From Deltaproteobacteria bacterium (GTDB taxonomy: Bacteria; Desulfobacterota; Desulfobacteria; Desulfobacterales; C00003060): a stretch of DNA of 43,838 bases. This document shows, one piece after another, positions 24,948 to 34,369 of the stretch. The notes under the pieces were generated by a model, which saw only the letters and a list, made by a program, of their open reading frames with translations, searched no databases and was not told where the DNA came from. Position numbers and translations under genes: made by a program. Every line of letters begins with the position of its first letter. The first letter of the stretch is position 1. Location: NCBI GenBank assembly GCA_030665585.1, contig DAOUZN010000001.1, forward strand, positions 1-43,838, in the 5' to 3' direction.

Positions 24948-27113
24948 TCATCCGTTATAGCCCGGAACCAGTACTTCTCTGGGCTTGCCTCCTTCGCTGG
25001 AGCTGACGACGCCGTCTCGTTCCATCATTTCGATCATACGGGCGGCCCGATTATATCCCACTCTGAGACGACGCTGGACCATGGAGATGGAGGCCTGCCG
25101 GGTTTCCTTGACCAGGGCCATGGCCGCGTCGTATTTTTCATCATATTCCTCTTCATGACCTTTTTCCTCTTCATCGGCACGGGCCTGCAAGATTTCTTCT
25201 TGATAAACCGGTGGCTGTTGCTGTCTCAAAAAATCTGTGATCCGGCTGATTTCCGGCTCCGACACATAGGCGCCATGGACGCGTTGCAGCTTGGCCGTGC
25301 CAGGCGGCAAGAGGAGCATGTCGCCGTTTCCCAGCAAATTCTCGGCACCATTGGCGTCCAGGATCGTTCTGGAATCCGTCCTGGAAGAGACCTGAAACGA
25401 GAGCCTCGTGGGAAAGTTGGCCTTGATGATGCCTGTCAAGACATCCACTGAAGGCCTTTGCGTTGCAAGCAGCAAATGTATCCCGGCCGCGCGAGCCATC
25501 TGCGCCAGCCGCGTCAAGGCAAGTTCTACATCTCTGGAGGCGACCAACATGAGATCGGCCAGTTCGTCGATGACAATCAAGATGAGGGGGAGCTTCTCTT
25601 CTGATGCTCCCGTGTCCCCCGATCGGATGTTATCTTTAGCGGCGCCGTGTTCCTTCATGATCTTGCGATTGTACTGGTAGATGTTTCTTACCCCTTTTTC
25701 AGCCATCAGGGTATAACGGCGTTCCATCTCGTGGACCGCCCAATGAAGTCCCCGTGTTGCCTTCTTGGCATCGGTGACCACAGGTACAATCAGGTGGGGG
25801 ATTCCCTCATAGGCGGACAGCTCAATACGTTTGGGGTCTATCAATAGGAGTTTTACTTCATCAGGGGTTGCCTTATACAGGACACTGCAAATCATGGCAT
25901 TTAAGCCGACACTCTTGCCGGATCCTGTGGCGCCGGCGATCAAGAGGTGCGGCATCTTTGCCAGATCCGTCGTCAGGGGGGTCCCCATAATATCCTTGCC
26001 CAAGGCGAGGGTTAGCTTGGATTTGACTTTTTCAAAGGCTTCAGAGGCTATAATGTCGCTGAGTCGAACGATGTGGCGCTCGGCGTTTGGGACTTCTATG
26101 CCAATGACTGCCTTGCCGGGAATAGGGGCAACGATACGAATACTCTGGGCCCGGAGGGCTAAAGCCAGGTCGTCTGTCAAGTTTACAACCTTGTTGATCT
26201 TGATACCGGGGGCCGGCTCGAACTCGTACATGGTCACTACTGGCCCCGGGGTTACCGCCACCACCTTGCCGGACACATCGAAATCACTCAATTTCTTTTC
26301 CAACAGCCTGGATTGCATCTGAAGGCTTTCGTGGTCCACTGCCTTCCCGTCAGCCTCAGACCCCTCCAGAAAATTCAGTGAGGGGAGCCTGAATCCATGA
26401 TCACCGGTCATGAACTCAAAGGCTTCCTGCCTGCGAGGCGGAAGCTCTTTGAGTGGCTTGGGCAAGCGTTCCACGATTTTCACCGGAGGGCCCTTTTTTT
26501 GTGATAGCTTTTGGCCTGTCTTGGCCCGCCTCTTTGCCTTTTGGCGACGCTCCTTCCAGATAATCCAGGCGGTCTTTGCGCGGCCAAAGACGCTCCTACA
26601 CACACTGGTGAGCCACTTGAGCAGCGCCAGGAGTGACAGGCGGGTCGTCATAATGAAGGCAATGATCCAAATCGTCAGTAAAAAAATGAGCCCGCCGGTT
26701 GTATTAACAAAATCCTGAACGACCCTTGCCAAAGGGATTCCCACTGTCCCGCCGCTGGAGAACCCTTTCCCAAAGATGCAGTAATCCGTTTGGCGGATGG
26801 ACAGGAGACCTCCAGTGGTGACCATCAACAGGAGTCCCCCTGCCAGGGCAACAAGAATGGTTGACCTGGAATACGATTTAAAGACATGTAAGGTGATCAC
26901 AAGCAAGACGATGGGCATCCAGAAGGCACCCAGGCCGAACAGGTAAATGAGAAAACCGGCTACGTGAGCGCCTGCCACGCCGAAGAGGTTGTGGACATCC
27001 CCTGACGCCCGCACATAATTGATGCTGGGATCTGATGGATCATACGAAAGAAGGCTCACAGCAGTGAAGACGAGCGTGAAAAGGAGAATGACCCCTAGAA
27101 TTTCCTTTCGCAT
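24948..27113 (-). CDS. ftsK: DNA translocase FtsK/SpoIIIE
   Basis: N-terminal TM helices, a linker, a motor domain with Walker A GATGSGKS and IVIDELADL, and a C-terminal gamma wHTH (ASISMVQRRLRVGYNRAARMIE). ATG at 27113 abuts the plsC stop. The tracked start is 27194. Confidence 0.93.
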   Translation of the reverse strand: MRKEILGVILLFTLVFTAVSLLSYDPSDPSINYVRASGDVHNLFGVAGAHVAGFLIYLFGLGAFWMPIVLLVITLHVFKSYSRSTILVALAGGLLLMVTTGGLLSIRQTDYCIFGKGFSSGGTVGIPLARVVQDFVNTTGGLIFLLTIWIIAFIMTTRLSLLALLKWLTSVCRSVFGRAKTAWIIWKERRQKAKRRAKTGQKLSQKKGPPVKIVERLPKPLKELPPRRQEAFEFMTGDHGFRLPSLNFLEGSEADGKAVDHESLQMQSRLLEKKLSDFDVSGKVVAVTPGPVVTMYEFEPAPGIKINKVVNLTDDLALALRAQSIRIVAPIPGKAVIGIEVPNAERHIVRLSDIIASEAFEKVKSKLTLALGKDIMGTPLTTDLAKMPHLLIAGATGSGKSVGLNAMICSVLYKATPDEVKLLLIDPKRIELSAYEGIPHLIVPVVTDAKKATRGLHWAVHEMERRYTLMAEKGVRNIYQYNRKIMKEHGAAKDNIRSGDTGASEEKLPLILIVIDELADLMLVASRDVELALTRLAQMARAAGIHLLLATQRPSVDVLTGIIKANFPTRLSFQVSSRTDSRTILDANGAENLLGNGDMLLLPPGTAKLQRVHGAYVSEPEISRITDFLRQQQPPVYQEEILQARADEEEKGHEEEYDEKYDAAMALVKETRQASISMVQRRLRVGYNRAARMIEMMERDGVVSSSEGGKPREVLVPGYNG

Positions 27114-27114
27114 C

Positions 27115-27885
27115 TTAATTCTTTCGTACCTTCTCCGACCACTCACGATGCCATGATCCAAGACCCCGTGGCTGGGTTGCCTTGAGCCTCTCAAGGTCCT
27201 GTTTCATGATGGAGCGAATCGTTTCCATAAGGGCTTTTTTGGTCTTGTTGTTATACGAAGCCGTGTCAACCGGGGCATGGATACTGACTACCACGAGACC
27301 GGGCCTAATACGGAGACTCCCCTTCGGCATGACGTGGTGAGTGCCGTAGATGACCACCGGGACGATGGGCCGTCCGGAACGCACGGCTAGGTGAAATCCC
27401 CCCGCTTTGAACGGCTTGATTCTGCCATCTGTGCTTCGGCTTCCCTCAGGGAAAATGATCACGGACACCCCTTGGGCAATCTTCTGAGCCGCTTCCACGA
27501 GGCTCTTATGAGCTGACTTCCGATCAGACCGGTCTATGCTGATATAGCCAACCCGGGCCATGGAAAGTCCAAAAACCGGAATTTGGAAGAGCTCCTTCTT
27601 GGCCAGCCACCGAAATTGGACAGGCAGATATCCAAGGAGCGCCAGGATGTCAAACATACTTTGGTGATTGGCCATGTATATATACGTGGCATGGGGGTCG
27701 ATATGATGCAATCCCTGCACACGCACCTTGACCCGGCTGACAAGGAGCACGGATTTCGCCCAGAATCGTCCCGCGAGATGGGAGAGGTCTCCACCCTTTC
27801 TAAAGAACGATAAGGTAATGGCAGTAAGGGCACAAACAAGGGTGATCAGAACCACCCACATTGAAATCACAACGGTTCGGATCAT
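27115..27885 (-). CDS. plsC: 1-acyl-sn-glycerol-3-phosphate acyltransferase
   Basis: N-terminal TM helix, the HX4D motif NHQSMFD, and FPEGSRS. Confidence 0.9.
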   Translation of the reverse strand: MIRTVVISMWVVLITLVCALTAITLSFFRKGGDLSHLAGRFWAKSVLLVSRVKVRVQGLHHIDPHATYIYMANHQSMFDILALLGYLPVQFRWLAKKELFQIPVFGLSMARVGYISIDRSDRKSAHKSLVEAAQKIAQGVSVIIFPEGSRSTDGRIKPFKAGGFHLAVRSGRPIVPVVIYGTHHVMPKGSLRIRPGLVVVSIHAPVDTASYNNKTKKALMETIRSIMKQDLERLKATQPRGLGSWHREWSEKVRKN

Positions 27886-27954
27886 ATGCCAGCCATTTGG
27901 ATGTGAAAAAAGAGCCCAGCGTCTCAGAGAGTTGACCGGCCCGCCCCCCGCAAG

Positions 27955-27974
27955 CCCCGCCCTTCAGGGCGGGG
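27955..27974. repeat. REP-like GC hairpin
   Basis: CCCCGCCC-TTCA-GGGCGGGG embedded in a GC-rich context. No T-run follows on either strand. Confidence 0.6.
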
Positions 27975-27985
27975 AGCTTCGCACC

Positions 27986-28579
27986 CTAGCTCAGAATCTT
28001 CAGCGTTTCAAATATGCTGTCGGCAAGCTGAACAATGCTCTCTCTTTGTGCCGCATTGGCATAATGGATGCAGTCACACCGAACCCTGCTTCGGGTTCGG
28101 ATCAACAGTTCAAAGGAGATAGCCGTTGGTTTCAACTCAAGAGCAAAGTAAAAGGGCTGACAGTCCGTATGGGCTGCTTGAACGTCGTCTAGTAGATCAT
28201 CCTTTAGGGGGAGCCAGTAAAGACCTTCCATCTGGGAAGGGCCATAATGCTCATCCAGGTACGCCTTGAGCTTTTCATAATCCCCTGGCCGGAGTTCATC
28301 GATGCGGTACTGTTTCATCTCATGCAAGATCCACTTGTCAACGGGTCTCCCCATTTGGGCGCTTGTAAATTTTTTGAATATCATACCATTAGACGACAAT
28401 AAAGAGAAAACCCCGGGCAACAGGCCAAAACGCGGTGACAGATCCTGACCCCATTGATACGGGTTTTCTGCTTCCGTGGCCCGTGGAGCAGGATAGGCGG
28501 GGGAATCAGGAGGCCCTGCGGCTGTCTCAAGGGGGAGGGGGTGGTGGGTTGGAGGATAAAACAGAGAATCCCGCATCAC
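27986..28579 (-). CDS. hypothetical protein downstream of dnaK
   Basis: The 197-aa ORF starts 51 nt after the dnaK stop. The first ~65 aa are Pro-rich and low-complexity. The remainder (from MIFKKF, 28384) looks globular and has CQPF...RCDCIHY. No family recognised, and the start is uncertain. Confidence 0.5.
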   Translation of the reverse strand: MMRDSLFYPPTHHPLPLETAAGPPDSPAYPAPRATEAENPYQWGQDLSPRFGLLPGVFSLLSSNGMIFKKFTSAQMGRPVDKWILHEMKQYRIDELRPGDYEKLKAYLDEHYGPSQMEGLYWLPLKDDLLDDVQAAHTDCQPFYFALELKPTAISFELLIRTRSRVRCDCIHYANAAQRESIVQLADSIFETLKILS

Positions 28580-28630
28580 TCGTGGTGCTACGGGATTTTT
28601 TATGATTTGATGACACAGGCGCGGTGACGG

Positions 28631-30562
28631 TTACTTGTTGTCCTTGACCTCCTCGAAGTCTGCATCCACCACGTCCTCATCCGGGCCTGCCTTAGATTCA
28701 GCCTGGGCCGAAGCCTCGGGGCCAGACGCCTGCTCACCCGCCTGGGCCCCACCAGAGGCTTTTGCATACATGGCCTCAGCCAATTTGTGAGAGGTTTGCA
28801 TCAGTTCTTCACTCAGGCGCTTGATCTCCTCAGTGTCGGTCCCTTCCATGGCTTTCTTGAGCCGTTCCATAACGCCTTCCAGATTCGTGTTGAGTGTCGG
28901 ATCTACCTTGTCACCTAGTTCTTTCATAGATTTTTCGGTCTGATAGATCAGGCCGTCCGCGTGGTTGCGGGCTTCAACAAGGTCCTTTTTCTTCTTGTCT
29001 TCCTCGGCGTGTGTCTCACCTTCTTTAACCAGCCTTTCGATTTCCTCTTCTGACAGGCCGCTTGAGGCCGTAATTTGTATGGATTGTTCTTTTCCTGTTC
29101 CCAGGTCTTTTGCCGAGACATGGACGATGCCGTTGGCGTCGATGTCGAAAGCCACCTCAATCTGGGGGATACCCCGCGGTGCAGGAGGGATGCCGACGAG
29201 CTCAAAGCGACCCAAGGTCTTGTTGTATTGCGCCATCTCACGTTCGCCCTGTAGCACATGGATGGAAACTGCCGGCTGATTGTCGGCGGCCGTGGAAAAT
29301 ATCTGACTCTTTTTCGTGGGGATGGTGGTATTCTTTTCAATCAACTTGGTAAACACGCCCCCCAGGGTTTCAATGCCAAGGGATAGCGGGGTCACATCAA
29401 GGAGCAGCACGTCTTGGACATCACCCTTTAAGACACCCGCCTGAATGGCGGCTCCTGCAGCCACCACCTCGTCGGGATTCACCCCTTTGTGAGGCTCCTT
29501 GCCAAAGAGGGCCTTGACCTTTTCCTGCACGGCTGGCATGCGAGTCATGCCACCCACCAGGATCACTTCGTCCATGTCTGAGGGCTTCAAACCCGCATCT
29601 TTGATGGCAGTCTCACAAGGTGCCACCAGCTTGGTCAGGAGATCATCAACCAAGGATTCCAGCTTGGCCCTGGTCAGTTTTATATTCAAATGTTTTGGTC
29701 CACCGGCATCAGCCGTGATAAAGGGAAGGTTGATATCCGTCTCCATGGCGGTGGAGAGTTCCATCTTGGCCTTTTCCGCTCCCTCCTTTAGGCGCTGCAG
29801 GGCCATTTTGTCATTTCGAATGTCGATCCCCTGGTCCTTTCTGAATTCGTCGGCCAGGTAATCAATAATCTTTTGATCAAAATCCTCACCACCTAAGTGG
29901 GTGTTACCGTTCGTTGACTTTACCTCAAAAACACCTTCTCCGATTTCCAATATGGAGATGTCAAAGGTGCCTCCACCCAGGTCAAAAACTGCTATTTTTT
30001 CATCCTTCTTCTTATCCAGACCATAGGCCAGGGAGGCCGCAGTGGGCTCATTAATGATCCGCAATACATTAAGCCCCGCGATCTTGCCTGCGTCCTTCGT
30101 GGCCTGCCGCTGGCTATCATTGAAATAGGCCGGCACGGTGATGACCGCTTCGGTGACCTTCTGACCCAGGTATTCTTCGGCCGTCTTTCTCATGGCTTGC
30201 AGGACATGGGCTGAAATCTCAGCCGGGCTGTAGGCCTTGCCCTGAATCTCCACCTGTGCATCACCATTGGCTGCCTGGGTAATCTTGAAAGGAGAGATGT
30301 CCTTGTCCTGTTGCACTTCTTTCGACGCATACTTTCTTCCGATGAGCCGCTTCACGGCAAACACGGTATTCTCCGGATTGGTGATGGCCTGCCGCTTTGC
30401 CGTTTGGCCTACCAGGCGCTCCCCGCTGCTGGTCCAGGCAACCATGGATGGTGTGGTCCGCCTCCCCTCTGGGTTCGTAATCACCTTGGGATCCTTTCCC
30501 TCCATAATGGCCACACACGAGTTGGTTGTACCGAGATCAATTCCTATCAGCTTACTCATCAC
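28631..30562 (-). CDS. dnaK: molecular chaperone DnaK (Hsp70)
   Basis: [34 protein letters not shown]. Length 643 aa. AGGAGG RBS. Confidence 0.98.
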   Translation of the reverse strand: MMSKLIGIDLGTTNSCVAIMEGKDPKVITNPEGRRTTPSMVAWTSSGERLVGQTAKRQAITNPENTVFAVKRLIGRKYASKEVQQDKDISPFKITQAANGDAQVEIQGKAYSPAEISAHVLQAMRKTAEEYLGQKVTEAVITVPAYFNDSQRQATKDAGKIAGLNVLRIINEPTAASLAYGLDKKKDEKIAVFDLGGGTFDISILEIGEGVFEVKSTNGNTHLGGEDFDQKIIDYLADEFRKDQGIDIRNDKMALQRLKEGAEKAKMELSTAMETDINLPFITADAGGPKHLNIKLTRAKLESLVDDLLTKLVAPCETAIKDAGLKPSDMDEVILVGGMTRMPAVQEKVKALFGKEPHKGVNPDEVVAAGAAIQAGVLKGDVQDVLLLDVTPLSLGIETLGGVFTKLIEKNTTIPTKKSQIFSTAADNQPAVSIHVLQGEREMAQYNKTLGRFELVGIPPAPRGIPQIEVAFDIDANGIVHVSAKDLGTGKEQSIQITASSGLSEEEIERLVKEGETHAEEDKKKKDLVEARNHADGLIYQTEKSMKELGDKVDPTLNTNLEGVMERLKKAMEGTDTEEIKRLSEELMQTSHKLAEAMYAKASGGAQAGEQASGPEASAQAESKAGPDEDVVDADFEEVKDNK

Positions 30563-30588
30563 TTTCCTCCTTACACTGTATAGTCAAG

Positions 30589-31248
30589 CTAGTGAACTGT
30601 TACCTTTATTTTAGATCCCTTCTCATGATCGGCTGATTCCGCCTCCACCTTGGTCTCCGGCTTTTTTGAAACCACGACCATCGGGGGCCTGAGGAGTCGG
30701 TCCCCAAGCATGTAGCCCTTCTGGAGTTCCTGCGTCACGGTATTCTCAGGGTATTTCTCAGATTCTTCTTGCGACACGGCGTGATGAAAATTTGGGTCAA
30801 AGGGCTTTTCCACGGTCTCCACCGCGACAAGCCCGAACTTTCTGAGGCTATCCCTGAGCCCCTTTAGGGTCATCTCCACGCCTTTTCGCATCCCTTCGAA
30901 GGCATCTGCATCCTTTTCATACTCTATTTCCAGGGCCCGCTCCAGGCTGTCCATGATGGGCAAGATTTCCTTGATGAGGGACTCATTGGCAAATTTTCTG
31001 AAATCATTCATTTCCCTTTCCATGCGCTTCTTATAGTTCTCAAAATCAGCTGTGACCCTCAACAGACGCTCATAATTCTCCTCAGCCTTGGATTCCGCTA
31101 TCTGCAAGCGTTCTTTGAGGCTTTCCTTCCGCGGTGGCTTCTTCTTTTTCTGTTTAAGAGCCTCTCCGCCAGATGTCTCGGCCCCTTCAGTCTCAGCAAC
31201 TACCTCGGATACGAGCTTGTTCTTGTCGTCAGTCAAAGGCGTCCCCAT
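30589..31248 (-). CDS. grpE: nucleotide exchange factor GrpE
   Basis: RVTADFENYKKRMERE, FDPNFHHAV and VVVSK are typical GrpE blocks. It lies immediately upstream of dnaK. Confidence 0.93.
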   Translation of the reverse strand: MGTPLTDDKNKLVSEVVAETEGAETSGGEALKQKKKKPPRKESLKERLQIAESKAEENYERLLRVTADFENYKKRMEREMNDFRKFANESLIKEILPIMDSLERALEIEYEKDADAFEGMRKGVEMTLKGLRDSLRKFGLVAVETVEKPFDPNFHHAVSQEESEKYPENTVTQELQKGYMLGDRLLRPPMVVVSKKPETKVEAESADHEKGSKIKVTVH

Positions 31249-31306
31249 ATGTCTCGCCCATCTGATTAGTCTTGTCTTACGTAGAATTTTGCAATGAAAA
31301 TAAGAA

Positions 31307-31335
31307 CCATACCGGCGTTTGTCAAGGGACTGTCA
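31307..31335 (-). promoter_or_regulatory. candidate sigma70 promoter for grpE-dnaK
   Basis: On the minus strand: TTGACA (31335-31330), 17-nt spacer, TATTTT (31312-31307). No CIRCE or HAIR element is seen in the leader. Confidence 0.4.
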
Positions 31336-31385
31336 CACAAAACGGCATTGCCTGTGGGCCGGCACTGGATTGGCCTTTGCCACCG

Positions 31386-32354
31386 TTAACAAGTTGAACA
31401 CCGTGGGCCCAACGCTGATGAACTCTGAACATGACCCGGGGCAGGCCTGTAGAGCTTCCCCTGACAAGTATCTCGGTCCTCAAGTCTCTTCCGGATTTGG
31501 GAAAGGGTGTGTTGTTTCTGCAAGGCCCATGCAGGGGCCACAAGGGCAGATGCATTGGGGTCTCCAGTGAGACGCTGTATGATGATCTCTGGACTGAGAC
31601 GTTCCAGAAAGCCCACAACCCAATCCACGTATGTATCCTGATCCAGGGCCGTGAAACCGCCCGTCTTGTAAAGGTGTGCCAAGGGCGTCCCATGAAGGAC
31701 ATACAAGCTGTGAATCTTGATACCGTGTATGCCAAGGTCAGCTACAGCCGAGGCCGTGTCCAGGATATCCTGTCTGGATTCACCAGGGAGTCCTAAGATG
31801 ACGTGGGCGCAAATCAGTATGTTTCGGCCCTGGGTCATCTCAACGGCACGGACAAAATCTCCAAAGGTGTGACCACGATTAATCGTCTTTAAGGTTCGGT
31901 CGTGCACGGACTGAAGCCCATACTCCATCCAAACCATATGAGTCGCCGTGTATCGCTGAATAAGGCCCAGTTTTTCTTCATCAACACAGTCCGGCCTTGT
32001 CCCAATGGCAAGTCCCACGATATCCGTATCGGCCAGGGCCTCATCGTACCGTTTCTGAAGGATCCCACAGGGGGAATAGGTGTTGGTGAATGCCTGAAAA
32101 TAGGCAAGAAACTTGTTGGCCTTGTATCGCACAGCCAGCCGAGCCTTTGCCTGTTGAATTTGGTCCCTAATGGATTGGCCCCTGGCCGCCGCGCCCGAGC
32201 CCGAGCCCTTTCCGTCACAGTAGATGCACCCGGAAGAAGACAGCTTGCCGTCCCGGTTCGGACAGGAAAAACTCGCATCTATGCTGATCTTCTGAACTCT
32301 GCAGCCGAACCGTTGCCTAAGAAAGCTGTTAAAATCGTTATATCGTCTTGCCAT
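31386..32354 (-). CDS. radical SAM protein, TIGR01212 (YhcC-like) family
   Basis: MARRYNDFNSFLRQRFGCRVQKISIDASFSCPNRDG...GCIYCD is the characteristic N-terminus and Cys cluster. Length about 320 aa. Confidence 0.85.
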   Translation of the reverse strand: MARRYNDFNSFLRQRFGCRVQKISIDASFSCPNRDGKLSSSGCIYCDGKGSGSGAAARGQSIRDQIQQAKARLAVRYKANKFLAYFQAFTNTYSPCGILQKRYDEALADTDIVGLAIGTRPDCVDEEKLGLIQRYTATHMVWMEYGLQSVHDRTLKTINRGHTFGDFVRAVEMTQGRNILICAHVILGLPGESRQDILDTASAVADLGIHGIKIHSLYVLHGTPLAHLYKTGGFTALDQDTYVDWVVGFLERLSPEIIIQRLTGDPNASALVAPAWALQKQHTLSQIRKRLEDRDTCQGKLYRPAPGHVQSSSALGPRCSTC

Positions 32355-32484
32355 GATCGTCTTGCCAACAAGAAAGGCCTGAGGCCAACATCGACTTCAG
32401 CTCACCCGACTGAGGTGATCAGGGGACAGCGGCAACCCCCGGTGGAACGGGAATTCTTGGAAGGCGAGGGCAGGATATGTTGCA

Positions 32485-32756
32485 TTGACTTGGCTGCGCA
32501 CCCTTCGTCGAACCCTTTCCACGAGACCTCAGGTTGTCGTCATTTGGTCGGAGCCGCGCCACGACACAGGCTGGATGACTTACCGCTGCTTCCTCCCGGA
32601 CCTGACGGGGTTCGTCACCGCCTGTTGCGTGGTGGCCGACCAGGGACAACCTTTGGGACATGGAGCGGTGGGCCCTCAAAAGGGAATTCAGCCCCGCATA
32701 AGCGGATTTCGGGTGACAGGACACCGCTAGCTCCCCGCCTAGCACAACCAAGCCAA
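32485..32756 (-). ncRNA. ffs: signal recognition particle RNA, long (Alu-domain, Bacillus-type) form
   Basis: The minus strand reads GTCAGGTCCGGGAGGAAGCAGCGGTAAG, the conserved helix-8 motif. An Alu-like 5' block reads AGCGGTGTCCTGTCACCCGAAATCCGCTTATGCGGGGCTGAATTCCCTT. Closing pairings are CTTGGTTGTGC/GCGCAGCCAAG, AGGTTGTC/GACAACCT and GGTCGG/CCGACC. Confidence 0.85.
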
Positions 32757-32759
32757 CCT

Positions 32760-32788
32760 TTTATAGATCAAAAAAGCTTTCATTTCAA
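32760..32788 (-). promoter_or_regulatory. candidate promoter for SRP RNA
   Basis: On the minus strand: TTGAAA (32788-32783), 17-nt spacer, TATAAA (32765-32760). This places the TSS at about 32753, matching the inferred 5' end of the RNA. Confidence 0.5.
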
Positions 32789-32817
32789 CGGCAAAAAAAT
32801 ACAATACCTCTTTTGTC

Positions 32818-32847
32818 TTGACTTAACCTGTTTAAAAACCTTAATAT
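32818..32847 (+). promoter_or_regulatory. candidate promoter for the tilS-ftsH-folP-coaX block
   Basis: TTGACT (32818-32823), 18-nt spacer, TAATAT (32842-32847). It is divergent from the SRP RNA promoter. Confidence 0.4.
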
Positions 32848-32864
32848 TTTTCTTATAGGGGCCT

Positions 32865-34280
32865 ATGCTTAGAAGAGACCATGAATTCTTGGCGGCGGTT
32901 GAGGCAACCATCTGCCGTCACCACATGCTGGCGTCCGGCGACACCGTACTGGTAGGCGTGTCCGGTGGGCCGGACTCTGTTGCGCTACTTCATTGCCTGG
33001 TTGAATTAAGGAGCAGCTGGTCTGTCCACCTGGTCGTCGTGCATCTGAATCACCAGCTGCGAGGCGCAACCGCGGATCAGGAAGCAGCCTTTGTTGAGAG
33101 GTTGGCCTCAAGGCTGGAGGTCCCCTGTGAAATCGGTTCCAGGGATGTGGCATCCTACGGTGCCGAGCACCGGTTGTCCATCCAAGAAGCAGCCCGAGCG
33201 GTTCGTTACGCCTTTTACGATGAAGTGGCCGCCAGGCGTGGGGCCGGAAAGATCGCTCTTGGGCATCAGGCCAATGACAATGCCGAGTCAGTGCTCATGC
33301 ACGTGTTGCGAGGAACGGGGCCCAGAGGCCTCGCAGGGATCCCGCCCGTGCGCGACGGGCGCATCATCAGACCCCTGATCGACTTAGGCAGACTACAGAT
33401 ATTGCGGTTCCTCGAAGAGCGAGGTTCCGAATATGTGCGAGATCATTCCAACCTCGATCCCAAATACCTCCGGACCAGAATCCGGCACGAACTGTTACCC
33501 TTGCTGAAGGAGAACTTTAATCCTAAGGTGGTTCACGCCCTGACGCGCCTTGCCTCCATTGTGAGGCAGGAAGAGGATTTTTTCAACCAGCAGATCAGGA
33601 GTGCCTTTCAGGACCTTGTATTGGAGCAGAGGACGAATCGCATAACGCTGTCCGCCTCGGGGCTGGCTCGTTTGCACCCGGCCCTGCTGCAGCGCTTGGT
33701 ACGCCAGGCCGTGTTGTCGCTCAGAGGCAACCTGAAGCGGTTGGGGCATAACCATGTGGGAGCCGTGGTCCGGCTCGTCAAGGGGCCTTTGCCTTCAGGT
33801 CGGCTGGATCTGCCCAATGGCGTTTGGGTGGTTCGTGATCGGGATGAAGTCACATTTTCGGTGGGGGCGCCTGAGTCAAGGCCCAGGTTCGAATATCACG
33901 TAGCCGGCCCAGGGACGACCTTGATTCGGGAGATCGGCACATGTCTTAGACTATCGGTGTGTGACGCCAGTGAAGTGGTTGTCACTGGAAAGCATCATCC
34001 CACGACTGCATTCTTGGACTTGGACGCGGTGTCCTTTCCCGTGATCGTTAGGAGCCTCAGGCGAGGGGACCGATTCAGACCCCTGGGGATGTCCGGGTCT
34101 CAAAAGCTCAAGGCCTTTTTTATAAACCATAAGGTGCCACGGTCCAAGAGGCATCGGTGCCCCTTACTGCTCAGTGGCGGCAGGATCGTATGGGTGGGAG
34201 GATATCGCATAGACGATTCAGCCAAGATCACAGAAAAAACAAAAAGGGTGCTGACAGCCGAGCTTTTGCCGGCATCATGA
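32865..34280 (+). CDS. tilS: tRNA(Ile)-lysidine synthetase
   Basis: PP-loop VLVGVSGGPDSVALLH, LGHQANDNAESVLM and a C-terminal substrate-binding domain. Length 471 aa. Confidence 0.92.
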   Translation: MLRRDHEFLAAVEATICRHHMLASGDTVLVGVSGGPDSVALLHCLVELRSSWSVHLVVVHLNHQLRGATADQEAAFVERLASRLEVPCEIGSRDVASYGAEHRLSIQEAARAVRYAFYDEVAARRGAGKIALGHQANDNAESVLMHVLRGTGPRGLAGIPPVRDGRIIRPLIDLGRLQILRFLEERGSEYVRDHSNLDPKYLRTRIRHELLPLLKENFNPKVVHALTRLASIVRQEEDFFNQQIRSAFQDLVLEQRTNRITLSASGLARLHPALLQRLVRQAVLSLRGNLKRLGHNHVGAVVRLVKGPLPSGRLDLPNGVWVVRDRDEVTFSVGAPESRPRFEYHVAGPGTTLIREIGTCLRLSVCDASEVVVTGKHHPTTAFLDLDAVSFPVIVRSLRRGDRFRPLGMSGSQKLKAFFINHKVPRSKRHRCPLLLSGGRIVWVGGYRIDDSAKITEKTKRVLTAELLPAS

Positions 34281-34286
34281 AAAAGA

Positions 34287-34315
34287 TTGAAAAAGGGATC
34301 GTATTGTATTATATT
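34287..34315 (+). promoter_or_regulatory. candidate internal promoter for ftsH
   Basis: TTGAAA (34287-34292), 17-nt spacer, TATATT (34310-34315). An AAGGAGG RBS precedes the TTG start. Confidence 0.45.
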
Positions 34316-34369
34316 TTATAGTGTTCTTGCCGAAATAATGACTGAATAGTCCGTTAAGGAGGTTGTTTA

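Noticed and set aside
31249-31385. A CIRCE (HrcA) or HAIR (HspR) operator upstream of grpE-dnaK
   Set aside because: No TTAGCACTC-N9-GAGTGCTAA or CTTGAGT-N7-ACTCAAG-like inverted repeat is present on either strand. Only a sigma70-like promoter is seen.
31902-32858. 318-aa plus-strand ORF
   Set aside because: It runs antisense through the radical SAM gene and across the SRP RNA gene. The translation is Arg/Pro-rich noise.
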